Origin: an uncultured Nitrososphaerota archaeon
GTDB taxonomy: Archaea > Thermoproteota > Nitrososphaeria > Nitrososphaerales > Gagatemarchaeaceae
Assembly: GCA_963718895.1 (NCBI GenBank)
Contig: CAVRAG010000008.1
Span: 384,001 to 448,000 of the forward strand
Direction: 5' to 3'
Length of the DNA: 64,000 nt
Part shown: one piece after another, positions 1-8,691 of the stretch
How the letters are laid out: every line of letters starts with the position of its first letter
Numbering within the stretch: position 1 is the stretch's first letter
Translations under genes and position numbers: made by a program
Notes under the pieces: model-generated
What the model was told of the DNA's origin: nothing
Database searches by the model: none
What the model saw: only the letters and a program-made list of their open reading frames with translations

Positions 1-358
1 TCCTGGTAAGCGCGAGCGAGAGCGTGAAGGCGTGGTCTGCGACCTCCTCGAGGGCGTAGTCCGGGTCGTTTGTTACCACGACGTTTCTCTGCGTCGCCGC
101 GCCGATGTCGACGTTGTCCAGGCCTATCCCGTACCTTGCGAGGACCCTGAGGTTCGGCATGGCGTCGATGACCCTCTTGGTCACCGGCTCGAGCGATCCG
201 AGCAGCAAGGCGCTCGCGTCCCCGGCGAACGCAAGTAGTCCCTCCTCTGTCGTAATGTCCTTGTCTGTTACTACGACGTCTGCGATATCGCTGAGGATCT
301 CCCGCTCTATCTCCGGGGAGAAAGAGGGCGAGGTTATCGCAACCTTGTATCGGTTCAT
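1..358 (-). CDS. D-isomer-specific 2-hydroxyacid dehydrogenase (partial, runs off window start)
   Basis: Manual translation from ATG 358: MNRYKVAITSPSF...LRVLARYGIGLDNVDIGAATQRNVVVTNDPDY; the GIGLDNVD motif is typical of the family. Confidence 0.85.
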   Translation of the reverse strand, partial: MNRYKVAITSPSFSPEIEREILSDIADVVVTDKDITTEEGLLAFAGDASALLLGSLEPVTKRVIDAMPNLRVLARYGIGLDNVDIGAATQRNVVVTNDPDYALEEVADHAFTLSLALTR

Positions 359-531
359 CTGGCGAGTGAGCCGGGTAGCGATTTTAAGTATTTGCCGGAC
401 CACGCTTGGCCCAGACGAACGGCGAGGGTTCAACGAGCGTCCGGAAGACCAGCCGAAGAGCCCTTGAATCAGTAGAGCGGTGAAAAGTAGTTTTAGGCTG
501 GCCAAGAACGTGAGAGCGATAGGCCGATTCC

Positions 532-1566
532 TTGAAAGAGCGAAGAAGGGAACGTTCGCAGCGATTGGACTTCGGGTTGGCCGCTCACACCTTCGGGTAC
601 CTCGGTGGCTTCAACGGAGCGGGTACGAGCCGGGCCTGTCAAGAGCCCATGGACGTCTACGGGCTGATGGACCTCGCCGCCGCGAACGGGTTGGCCGGAG
701 TCGAGGTCCCCGGTGCCGAGTATCTCTTCAAGATGAGCGAGACGGAGCTGGAGCGAGTACGCGACCTCGGGCAGGAGAACGGGTTGTATTTTGTGCTCGA
801 CGGCGGAGTGGTGGACGTCCCTGAGGTCACGAAGCTAATCAAGACGGCCGAGACACTGGGAGCCCGAACCGTGCGCGTCACCGCCAGCAACCTCCTGAGC
901 GGGGACAGGCGCACCCTGGCTCGACGTTGGCCGGAGTATCTCGCCGAGTTAGCGTCCAGGCTGCGATCCCTGAGCCCGCTCGCCGAAGCGTCAGGGGTCA
1001 AGATCGCAGTCGAGAACCACCAGGACCTGGCCTCCGAAGAGCTCGCTGGCCTCTGCTCTGAGGTCGACAGCGAGAGCGTTGGCGCGACGCTGGACGCCGT
1101 CAACCCGCTCGCCGTGGCCGAGGAGCCGCTCGAGTACGCGCGCAGACTTGGGACGTTCATCAAGCACGTCCACCTCAAGGACTACCGCATCTACGCCACG
1201 CCAGAGGGGTTCAGGCTGGTCAGGTGTCCCATCGGGGTCGGAGTGCTGGATGTCCCCGCAATGCTCTCTCTCCTGAGCCGGAGCGCGCCAGGGGCCACCG
1301 TCGCAATCGAGCTGGCGGCCCTGGAAGCGCGACACGTGCGATTCCTCGAAGACGACTTCTGGTCAGGATATCCTCCCCGCAGCCTTGAACGGATCCTACC
1401 GGTCCTTCGGCTCCGAGAGAAGTTCGCCAGGCCGCCAGACGAAGAATGGCGAACACCATGGGAGCTCGGCGGCGATCACGAAGCGCTGGCGGCTTACGAG
1501 ATGGGGCAGTTTCGCGAGAGCCTGGACTTCCTCCGCGGAGTGAGTGCGAAGGATCCCGCGCCGTAA
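532..1566 (+). CDS. Sugar phosphate isomerase/epimerase, xylose-isomerase-like TIM barrel (possibly OiaC-like decarboxylase)
   Basis: IAVENHQD and HVHLKD metal-binding motifs; lies in a sugar catabolic cluster. Confidence 0.8.
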   Translation: MKERRRERSQRLDFGLAAHTFGYLGGFNGAGTSRACQEPMDVYGLMDLAAANGLAGVEVPGAEYLFKMSETELERVRDLGQENGLYFVLDGGVVDVPEVTKLIKTAETLGARTVRVTASNLLSGDRRTLARRWPEYLAELASRLRSLSPLAEASGVKIAVENHQDLASEELAGLCSEVDSESVGATLDAVNPLAVAEEPLEYARRLGTFIKHVHLKDYRIYATPEGFRLVRCPIGVGVLDVPAMLSLLSRSAPGATVAIELAALEARHVRFLEDDFWSGYPPRSLERILPVLRLREKFARPPDEEWRTPWELGGDHEALAAYEMGQFRESLDFLRGVSAKDPAP

Positions 1567-1682
1567 GGGGGACTGACAGTGAATAGGCCTGAGAGGCGCG
1601 ACTCGGCGGTAAGGAGGGGGAGTTGGACTCCCGAGCGATTTATCTCTCTTTCGCCCGTCCTCATCCTGTTCTCATGTTTGCG

Positions 1683-1939
1683 GGTTCTGTCAAGTCTTTG
1701 TCGGGTAGCCAAAAAGACTTGGCTTCGAGGCATCGACTCCGGGGATTACCGTCCTCGTCGGGTTCCCCTTCACCGCTTCACCTGCCCCGCCTTGTTTTCA
1801 ATGAACGGTCGAACCTCAACCGCCCATCTTGCCAATGGGTCAGACGGATTAGCTCGGGACCCGTCCTCACTGCTCGGATTCAACATGCTGAGAGCATACT
1901 TAAGCGCCCACCCTTAGCCAACGAAGACTTGACAGAGCC
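1683..1939 (-). mobile_element. 257-bp non-autonomous TIR element (IS6-like ends) containing a tnpB 3' remnant / omega-RNA-like scaffold
   Basis: TIRs GGTTCTGTCAAGTCTTTGTCGG and CCAACGAAGACTTGACAGAGCC; 8-bp direct repeat TGTTTGCG at 1675-1682 and 1940-1947; interior homologous to 48174-48377. Confidence 0.85.
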
Positions 1940-1954
1940 TGTTTGCGCAATGAA

Positions 1955-1962
1955 TTTATATA
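1955..1962 (+). promoter_or_regulatory. TATA box
   Basis: TTTATATA about 27 nt upstream of in-frame TTG at 1989. Confidence 0.65.
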
Positions 1963-1988
1963 CGCGGCGACCTTTGGAAGCTCAGCGC

Positions 1989-2495
1989 TTGCGTGTCGAG
2001 AGCAGGATGGGAATAACCAACGGCGTCGCGTTGGTGATAGTAATAGTCATAATCGCCTTGCCCGTGTCGGCCTACTACTTCTACTTCAACAGGCCGATAA
2101 CAACCGCGCCGTCCCAGCAGACATCGTCGACCTCGAGCACGACTTCTCAGGTGATCTTGTCCGGCGCCGCGCCGGGCTTTGTCACGGGTGGAGTGACCTG
2201 CGGATTCGGACTCACCTACGGCTCTCCGGGGGGCGAGGGATGTTTCGTCTACATGAATAACAGCGGAAACTCGACGCTGACCGCCGCAGGGACCTGCAAT
2301 CTGACCTACGGAGGGACCACCTATCCGGGGACCTTCTCCTACGCCGACCCGCTCGCTCCAAACCAGTCCACGGGCAAAGTGACCTGCGGCTCATCGCAGG
2401 AAGGGCCACCCGCGGGGGCAGGCACCCTGGTTACCGGCCAGGTCTTCCTAACCAACGGCCAGTACGCTGCATACAACGGCACCGCCGTGTCCTAG
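1989..2495 (+). CDS. Secreted/membrane-anchored protein, possible class III signal peptide (pilin-like)
   Basis: MRVESRMG/ITNGVALVIVIVIIAL hydrophobic N-terminus, S/T-rich linker, Cys-containing beta-rich domain; the upstream part of ORF 1623..2495 is spurious. Confidence 0.6.
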   Translation: MRVESRMGITNGVALVIVIVIIALPVSAYYFYFNRPITTAPSQQTSSTSSTTSQVILSGAAPGFVTGGVTCGFGLTYGSPGGEGCFVYMNNSGNSTLTAAGTCNLTYGGTTYPGTFSYADPLAPNQSTGKVTCGSSQEGPPAGAGTLVTGQVFLTNGQYAAYNGTAVS

Positions 2496-2731
2496 GGCCA
2501 GAGCCCCCATCGTCCCCTCTCTTCAAAGAGACACTGACGCCTTCGGCGAAGGAACCAGTCTACCCGTGAGAATCCGCTTGACCTGCGGCCCCTGCGTACA
2601 GTATCCAGCCTTCGGCCTCACTTGCGGAGGCGGGCTAGGCTCATCCTCCGTACCCGGTCCTCGGCTCGCAGGCTCACCTCGCCGCCTTGACGCCAGTGAA
2701 GCTTCGTCATCGGCCGGTCGACAGGCCTGCT

Positions 2732-3592
2732 CTAGCCCTTGATGGCGCCTATGAACTGGGCCTTCAGTATGTATCTCTGGAAGATGATGTAGAAGACGAG
2801 CATGGGAAGCGAGACGAGGATGATCCCAGCGAAGATGTTATTCCAGGATATGTAGTAAGCACCCTGGAAGAGCAGCAGACCAGGCTGGGCCGTCTCCACC
2901 GAGCTCTTGGTCAGGATGATAAGGGTGTAGAGCAGCTCGTTCCAGAGCGCAGGGAAATTGACGATCAGGATGATCACTACGACGATCGACGACATTGGGA
3001 GCACGATTCTCCTGAAGATCCCGAGTTCGCCGAGCCCGTCTATTCGCCCTGCCTCCTCGAGGTCCTTGGGGAATGACCTGAAGAACGCGCGCGAGAGGAC
3101 GATGGAGAACGGTATGTTGAAGGCGATGTAGGGCAGTATCAACCCCACCCAGTTGTTGAGGAGGCCGATGTCCCTTATCAGGAACACCTCAGGGATGAGC
3201 AGTGCGGCTGGAGGTATGGCAATCATGGCGAGCATGAGATAGAAGATGGCGGTGTTGAGTCTGCTCTTCTTTGAGATCGCATAGCCGGCGGGGATGGATA
3301 TCAGGAGGATGGCCGCCAGTGATACAAAAACGACTATCGAGGAATGGATGAGGAACGATCCGAGAGGGACGTGAAGCTCCCCGCCTCCCGTGAGGTCGGT
3401 ATAGTACGCCGTGAAGTCCAGGGAGGTGGGCACCCCGAACGGGTTCTGGTTGAGTTCCGCAGTGGTCCGGAACGAACCGAAGATGGCCCACAGGAGAACG
3501 TAGAGCTCGGTCGCCCCCCAGAGACCGACGAAGATGTACATCGGCAGCCTGGCGGCGTTGAACGTCTTGCGACCTGCTTGAGTTTGGCTCAT
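2732..3592 (-). CDS. Carbohydrate ABC transporter permease (MalG-like)
   Basis: EAA loop LEEAGRIDG, multiple TM segments. Confidence 0.93.
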   Translation of the reverse strand: MSQTQAGRKTFNAARLPMYIFVGLWGATELYVLLWAIFGSFRTTAELNQNPFGVPTSLDFTAYYTDLTGGGELHVPLGSFLIHSSIVVFVSLAAILLISIPAGYAISKKSRLNTAIFYLMLAMIAIPPAALLIPEVFLIRDIGLLNNWVGLILPYIAFNIPFSIVLSRAFFRSFPKDLEEAGRIDGLGELGIFRRIVLPMSSIVVVIILIVNFPALWNELLYTLIILTKSSVETAQPGLLLFQGAYYISWNNIFAGIILVSLPMLVFYIIFQRYILKAQFIGAIKG

Positions 3593-3596
3593 CGTC

Positions 3597-4511
3597 TCAC
3601 TTCTCGAAGGTCCGGAAGAATATCACCGCGACCGGGAAGATGACTATGAATATCAGGATGGCAATTGCCGAGGCGTAACCTATCCTCAGGTCGGAGTAGG
3701 CGGCTTGGAACATATAGCTCACGAGGACGGTCGAGACGTGCCCCGGCCCTCCCTTGGTCATCGTGTAGATCTGGCTGAAAGGCTGGGAGTTCCAGATGTA
3801 GGTCAGAGCCAGCATGGTGATTATCACCGGTCGGATCATGGGTACCTTGATCCGCCAGAAAATCTGCCATTGGTTTGCCCCATCTATCACAGCCGCCTCG
3901 TACAGGGACGGGTTTATGCTCGCGAAAGCCGCGATGAAGATCAGCATCGGGAACGCGGCGTACTGCCAGATGCTCGACCCGAGCACCGAGTAGAGAGTGA
4001 GGTGGGGATCTCCCAGGAAGTCGGTCGTGCTCAGGGCCTTGAGCCCTAGGTCCTTGAAGAAAGCATCCAGGAGGCCTATCTCTGGGCTGTAGAGGGCCAG
4101 GAAGAGATAGCTGACCGCGACGGTCGGAAGCAGCACGGAGATGTACAGAACTATTCTGAAGAACGTGCTCAGCTTGCGACCCATTATGTCTATGGACCCG
4201 GCGAGCATGAGCCCAAGGAAGTTGTTCACGACGAGGAATATCACGACCCAGATGATGTTGTTCTCAAGGGCGATGGTCAGGACCGGATCCGCAAACAACG
4301 TCTGGAAGTTAGTGAGACCGATCCAGACCGGCGATATGAAGCCGCTGTACCGGGTGAAACTGAGATAGATTACCTGTGAGAGGGGATAGATGATAAAAAT
4401 AAAGGCGAAGAAGAGCGGAGGAATCAGGAAGAGCATCGTGGTCTTGAACTTGAAGGGCTCAGACAGCCATCTCCTGAGTCCCGCGATTCTAGATCCTTTC
4501 TCCTCGTTCAC
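3597..4511 (-). CDS. Carbohydrate ABC transporter permease (MalF-like)
   Basis: LYEAAVIDGA motif and TKGGP motif. Confidence 0.93.
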   Translation of the reverse strand: MNEEKGSRIAGLRRWLSEPFKFKTTMLFLIPPLFFAFIFIIYPLSQVIYLSFTRYSGFISPVWIGLTNFQTLFADPVLTIALENNIIWVVIFLVVNNFLGLMLAGSIDIMGRKLSTFFRIVLYISVLLPTVAVSYLFLALYSPEIGLLDAFFKDLGLKALSTTDFLGDPHLTLYSVLGSSIWQYAAFPMLIFIAAFASINPSLYEAAVIDGANQWQIFWRIKVPMIRPVIITMLALTYIWNSQPFSQIYTMTKGGPGHVSTVLVSYMFQAAYSDLRIGYASAIAILIFIVIFPVAVIFFRTFEK

Positions 4512-4548
4512 TCCACACTAGTCTCCGTTTTCGCTCTCTCTTTTGAAA

Positions 4549-4614
4549 TGTGGGGCGAGTTCAATCCCTCACGAGACCGAGATTGGCCCACGTGGGGATT
4601 GACTCGAGACCACA
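4549..4614. other. Long intercistronic stem-loop after the solute-binding protein gene
   Basis: CGAGTTCAATCCCTCACG pairs imperfectly with CGTGGGGATTGACTCG, closed by TGTGG/CCACA. Confidence 0.7.
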
Positions 4615-4626
4615 ATTCTTCTGACT

Positions 4627-6226
4627 TTAGGCCGAGGTCGAAGTGTTGGATGGCCCTTGCGAGTTGAGCTGGACTGCGAGGCTCTCGACTTGCTGAGCCG
4701 CGGCCGAAGGCGTCAGCGCACCCGAGAGGACACCGCCGATTGCGGACTCGATTGGGTTGTGAAGCGCCGTGTCGACGGCTGCTGCGAGGGATGGAACGCC
4801 CGTCAGACTGGCGTTGAGCTGCAGGGACTTTTGGAGGTATGTGTCCGTCGTGATGGATGGTCCCAGCGGGATGATCGGATAGTCGCCGCCTGTGCACTTT
4901 GCGACCCCACCTGAGCCGTTGGGGACACCGTTGAAGTTTGCAATCTGGGCGAGTGGAGTAAGCATGGAGTTGAGGTAGTCAGCGGCGAGCGCTGGACTCT
5001 TGGTGTTGTGGAGGACGAAGTACGGAAGAGGGAAGCCGACCACGTAAAGCGGGTTGGGTGGTGATGTCGTTGTGTTGGCGAAGCCGGGCGTGAAGAGAGG
5101 CAGAGGCGCGAAGTCATAGATGAACGACTTGTTCACAATGCCCTCTAGGACTCCAGCACCCCAAGAACCAATCGCGTACATTCCGGCCTTGCCCGTGGAG
5201 AAGAGCCCCTGGGCCGTGCCGTCCGACATCGTCGTGGTGCCCGGAGCGAGAAGCTTCGTTCCCACTGTAGCGAGGTAGTTCCAGATGTCCATGACGGGCT
5301 GGTCTGTGAACTTCATCTTCCTGACTTGCGAACGAGGAGGCGTAGAGACCAGAGCCGTAGTCCGTCGAGAACTGGGTGTACTGTGCGATGGTGACGTGGT
5401 TCATCAGCCAGTCAGAGAAGGTGTTCATGAACCATTCTGGCTGGGTCTGATAGCCGTGCGCAATCGGGTAGATTCCCGCTGCGGTCAGGGCTGTCCCCGC
5501 TGCCATGAGGCTGTTCATGTCAGTGGGCGGGGCGATGTTCATCTTGGTGAAGAGGTCCTTGTTGTAGTACAGGTTCCCGTAGTAGATGGAACCCTCCGTG
5601 AACCAGTACCAGTGGTTGTTCACGTATCCATAGGCTGAGAACGTGCCCAGGGTCTCGTTCGCCCAGCCGTACTGCTGGACGTACTGGTCGAGCTGCAGAG
5701 CGTAACCAGGGGTCACAATCTGTGCGTTGAATGCAGGTAGGGTGGAGTTGTAGACGATGTCCGGTGGAGGACCAGACTGGACCGCCGTGATCGAGTAAGC
5801 GTTCATGTTGCATTCGGGGATCGGTTGGGTCTTGACGTTCGCACCTGGGTGGCTGGCATTGTAGAGTCCGGCCACGTAACCCGCCCAAGCGTCTCCACCG
5901 CCGGCCAGCGTCTGGACCGTGATGCTCCCAGTATATGCCCCGCCAGTGCCTACGGTCGATGTGACCGTGTTAGTCACTGTCTGGGTCGACCCGCCACTCC
6001 CGCCGACAGTCGTCGTGGTCGTGCACGTGACCGTGGTCGTGCCGCCGGAGCCGTGCGCGACGTAGCCAGCTGCTCCGCCGATGACAAGGCCCGCCACGGC
6101 CGCGCCTACTGCGGCGCCGGTGCCGACGGCCGTTCGCCTTGAGATTTTCGCATCCAATAAGCCCTTTTTGTTTTCACCCGTATTTCCTTGCTTCGTCGAG
6201 GTTGACTTCTTTCTGGAATCAGCCAA
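4627..6226 (-). CDS. Sugar ABC solute-binding protein with Tat signal (frameshift near 5320)
   Basis: SRRTAV twin-Arg signal, Thr-rich linker, LYYNKDLF motif; ORFs 5114..6226 and 4627..5316 join into one SBP. Confidence 0.88.
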
Positions 6227-6227
6227 G

Positions 6228-6300
6228 GGGTTTTATAACATATGTATAATATTTAAGTTTTTAGCTAATCGATGGGAATTAGCACAAGGGCATTAATTAG
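6228..6300 (-). promoter_or_regulatory. AT-rich promoter of the ABC operon with a candidate operator palindrome
   Basis: TTAAATATTATA on the minus strand; inverted repeat GCTAAT-N8-ATTAGC at 6264-6283. Confidence 0.5.
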
Positions 6301-6442
6301 TCCGCCGATTCATCAACAAAATTATCAGAGCATCAAACTTTTCGCAGAAAGGGTCACAACAACCCCTCGTACTCGCGAGGGTCTGCCAACCCAACAGCGG
6401 CATACGTTGCTCGGCCCCTGGGCCCGCGGGAGTTACGACCGC

Positions 6443-7204
6443 CTAGGTTCTGGCGCGCTTGGCGGCCTTTCTGGCTTCGTCGAGCGCCTGCTGTCCGCCG
6501 TTCTTGAGGAAGCTGAGGTCCGCCTGCACGTTTAGCCAGTTGAAGCCCTGCTTCACCCGCCTCTCGACGTCGTCGACCGCAAGGAATCCGGCAGCCACGT
6601 TGTGCTTCTTTGCCGCGGCGGCGACCTTGTCGAGGGCAGCGTTGAACTTCGGGTTGTCATACTGCATCAGCATTCCCAGCGACAACGAGAGGTCGGCAGG
6701 CCCTATCACCGCGGCGTCGATGCCCTTGACAGAGAGGATCTCGTCAAGGTTGTCAATGGCCTTCTTGGTTTCTATCTGGACTCCCAGGATGATCTCGTCC
6801 TGAGCAGTCTTCATGTAGTCTGGGTCCACGAGGGAGGCCCTCCTCGGCCCGAACCCTCTGAGACCGACAGGGGGATACTTGATGGCCTGGACCGCACGCT
6901 CAGCCTCTTCCTTGGTGTTCACCCATGGGACGATGATGCCGTAGGCGCCGATGTCCAGTACCCTCTTGATCAGCACTATGTCGTTCCAGGCCACGCGGAC
7001 TATCGGGACCGTGCTTGAGAACCTCATGGCCTGCATGAGCATCTGGACGGTCCCGACCTCCAGGGGCGCGTGCTCTGTGTCGATGAGCATCCAGTCGTAG
7101 CCGAGCTGGCCGAGAGTTTCGGCGATGTCGGGATGACCTATTGAAATCGTCGTTCCTATCGATACATCGCCCTTCTTGATCTTGGCCTTTACGAGATTCT
7201 TCAA
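6443..7204 (-). CDS. HpcH/HpaI-family aldolase (GarL/RhmA-like)
   Basis: IDTEH, KRVLDIGA, QIET and IGPADLS motifs. Confidence 0.92.
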   Translation of the reverse strand: MKNLVKAKIKKGDVSIGTTISIGHPDIAETLGQLGYDWMLIDTEHAPLEVGTVQMLMQAMRFSSTVPIVRVAWNDIVLIKRVLDIGAYGIIVPWVNTKEEAERAVQAIKYPPVGLRGFGPRRASLVDPDYMKTAQDEIILGVQIETKKAIDNLDEILSVKGIDAAVIGPADLSLSLGMLMQYDNPKFNAALDKVAAAAKKHNVAAGFLAVDDVERRVKQGFNWLNVQADLSFLKNGGQQALDEARKAAKRART

Positions 7205-7251
7205 GTAGGGAGGGCCTTCCCTGCGAACACGAGATAAGCGTTTCCGGCGCG

Positions 7252-8508
7252 CTACAGTTCGAAGTCCGGCCAGTACTTCGTCATGACCTTCTCGTCGAGC
7301 TCGACCCCGAGACCCGGCTCCTCCGTCAGCTTGATGAAGCCCCGGTCAATCGGGGACTTCTTGGACTTAATCATCTCGTACCAGAAGGCGAAACCGTGCG
7401 AATGGAATTCGAGCGCGCCGAAGGTGTTAGAGATCGAGGCGGCGTGGGCCGATGCGACGGTTCCTATGGGGGTGGTGACGTTGTGCGGGGAGACCTCGAT
7501 GTCATACATCGAGGCGAGCTCGGCGATCCTTCTCGCCTCCGTGATCCCTCCCGTCTTGCAAATGTCGGGGGTCCAGATCCTGACGCCTGTGTTCAGCAGG
7601 TCCTTGAATTCGTAGACGGTGTAGAGGTTCTCTCCGGTCGCGATCGGTATCGGGCAGAGGGAAGTCAGCATACCGAGCTCGTCAAGGTTCCCGACAGACC
7701 TCGTGGCTGGGGTCAGGTCCTCGACCCAGTGGAGTCTGAACGGTTCGAGGCCCTTGCATATCCTGAGGGAGGAGTTCAGGTCGTATCTCCAGTGAAGGTC
7801 TACCATCAGCTCGACTTCGTCGCCGATAGTGCTCCGGACGGCGGCGACTATCTCTGCCATGTAGTCGGCCTCCTTGAGCGTGACCTGGCCGCTCCTCTTG
7901 TTGAAGGGTTCTGTGTACGGGGTCGGGATGTCGAGGTCGAACTTTATCCTCTGGTACCCTTCGTTCACAGCGCGCTTCGCGGCGCGCGAGTAGGCCTCTG
8001 GGGTGAAGAGCTCGCCGAACTCCTCCCTCGCGAGCCTTCCCATAACGGGGTGGTCGGAGATGGCGGACTCTCCCGGGACGGCCCTCTTTCCCGTCGAATC
8101 GAGCTTGACGGGGGTGAGCAGGGCGTTAGTCGCGCCGAACTCCTCTCCGGCATGAAGGTCGACGTAGACCTTGATCTCGTCCCTGTCACCGCCCAGGAGG
8201 CGCCAGACGGGGAGGTTGACGTGCTTTCCTATCAGGTCGTAGAGGGCGATGTTCGTCGCCGAGATGACGGGATAGAAGGTCGAGCCTGCGAAGAGAGAGG
8301 CGTGCCTGAGTTTCTCCTCGATCCCGTTCAGCTTCATGGCGTCCTCTCCCACGAGCAGCCTCCGCAGGGTCGGTTCGGACGCCTTGAGGCCGGGAGCGGC
8401 GGTCGCCTCTCCAGTGCCGTGGTGCTTTCCCGCATAGACCCTGACGAAGGTCCATTCGGTGGTGGACTGTATAGTCTCGACCTGGACGTCCTTGATCGTA
8501 AGAGACAA
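7252..8508 (-). CDS. Mandelate racemase/enolase-superfamily sugar-acid dehydratase
   Basis: KFD, VDLHW, WVED, ATGEN, SPHN and PGLGVELD motifs. Confidence 0.92.
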   Translation of the reverse strand: MSLTIKDVQVETIQSTTEWTFVRVYAGKHHGTGEATAAPGLKASEPTLRRLLVGEDAMKLNGIEEKLRHASLFAGSTFYPVISATNIALYDLIGKHVNLPVWRLLGGDRDEIKVYVDLHAGEEFGATNALLTPVKLDSTGKRAVPGESAISDHPVMGRLAREEFGELFTPEAYSRAAKRAVNEGYQRIKFDLDIPTPYTEPFNKRSGQVTLKEADYMAEIVAAVRSTIGDEVELMVDLHWRYDLNSSLRICKGLEPFRLHWVEDLTPATRSVGNLDELGMLTSLCPIPIATGENLYTVYEFKDLLNTGVRIWTPDICKTGGITEARRIAELASMYDIEVSPHNVTTPIGTVASAHAASISNTFGALEFHSHGFAFWYEMIKSKKSPIDRGFIKLTEEPGLGVELDEKVMTKYWPDFEL

Positions 8509-8691
8509 TCGGCAGTGGAGAGCCCGCGTCCGCTTAAAAATATGGCTTCGTCACGAGAAGACCGGGACCACGTCGATGTGAGCCGGAGCGAGGTCGTACG
8601 CAAACGCGACGACTCCGGATCCGGTCCAGGCCGCCCCTCAGAGGTCGAACTCTCAAAATTTCTATATAGTGACCGCGGAAATCGAAGCGTC

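Noticed and set aside
1683-1939. Classical IS200/IS605 non-autonomous derivative
   Set aside because: HUH elements do not make 8-bp target duplications or carry TIRs, and both copies show these features.
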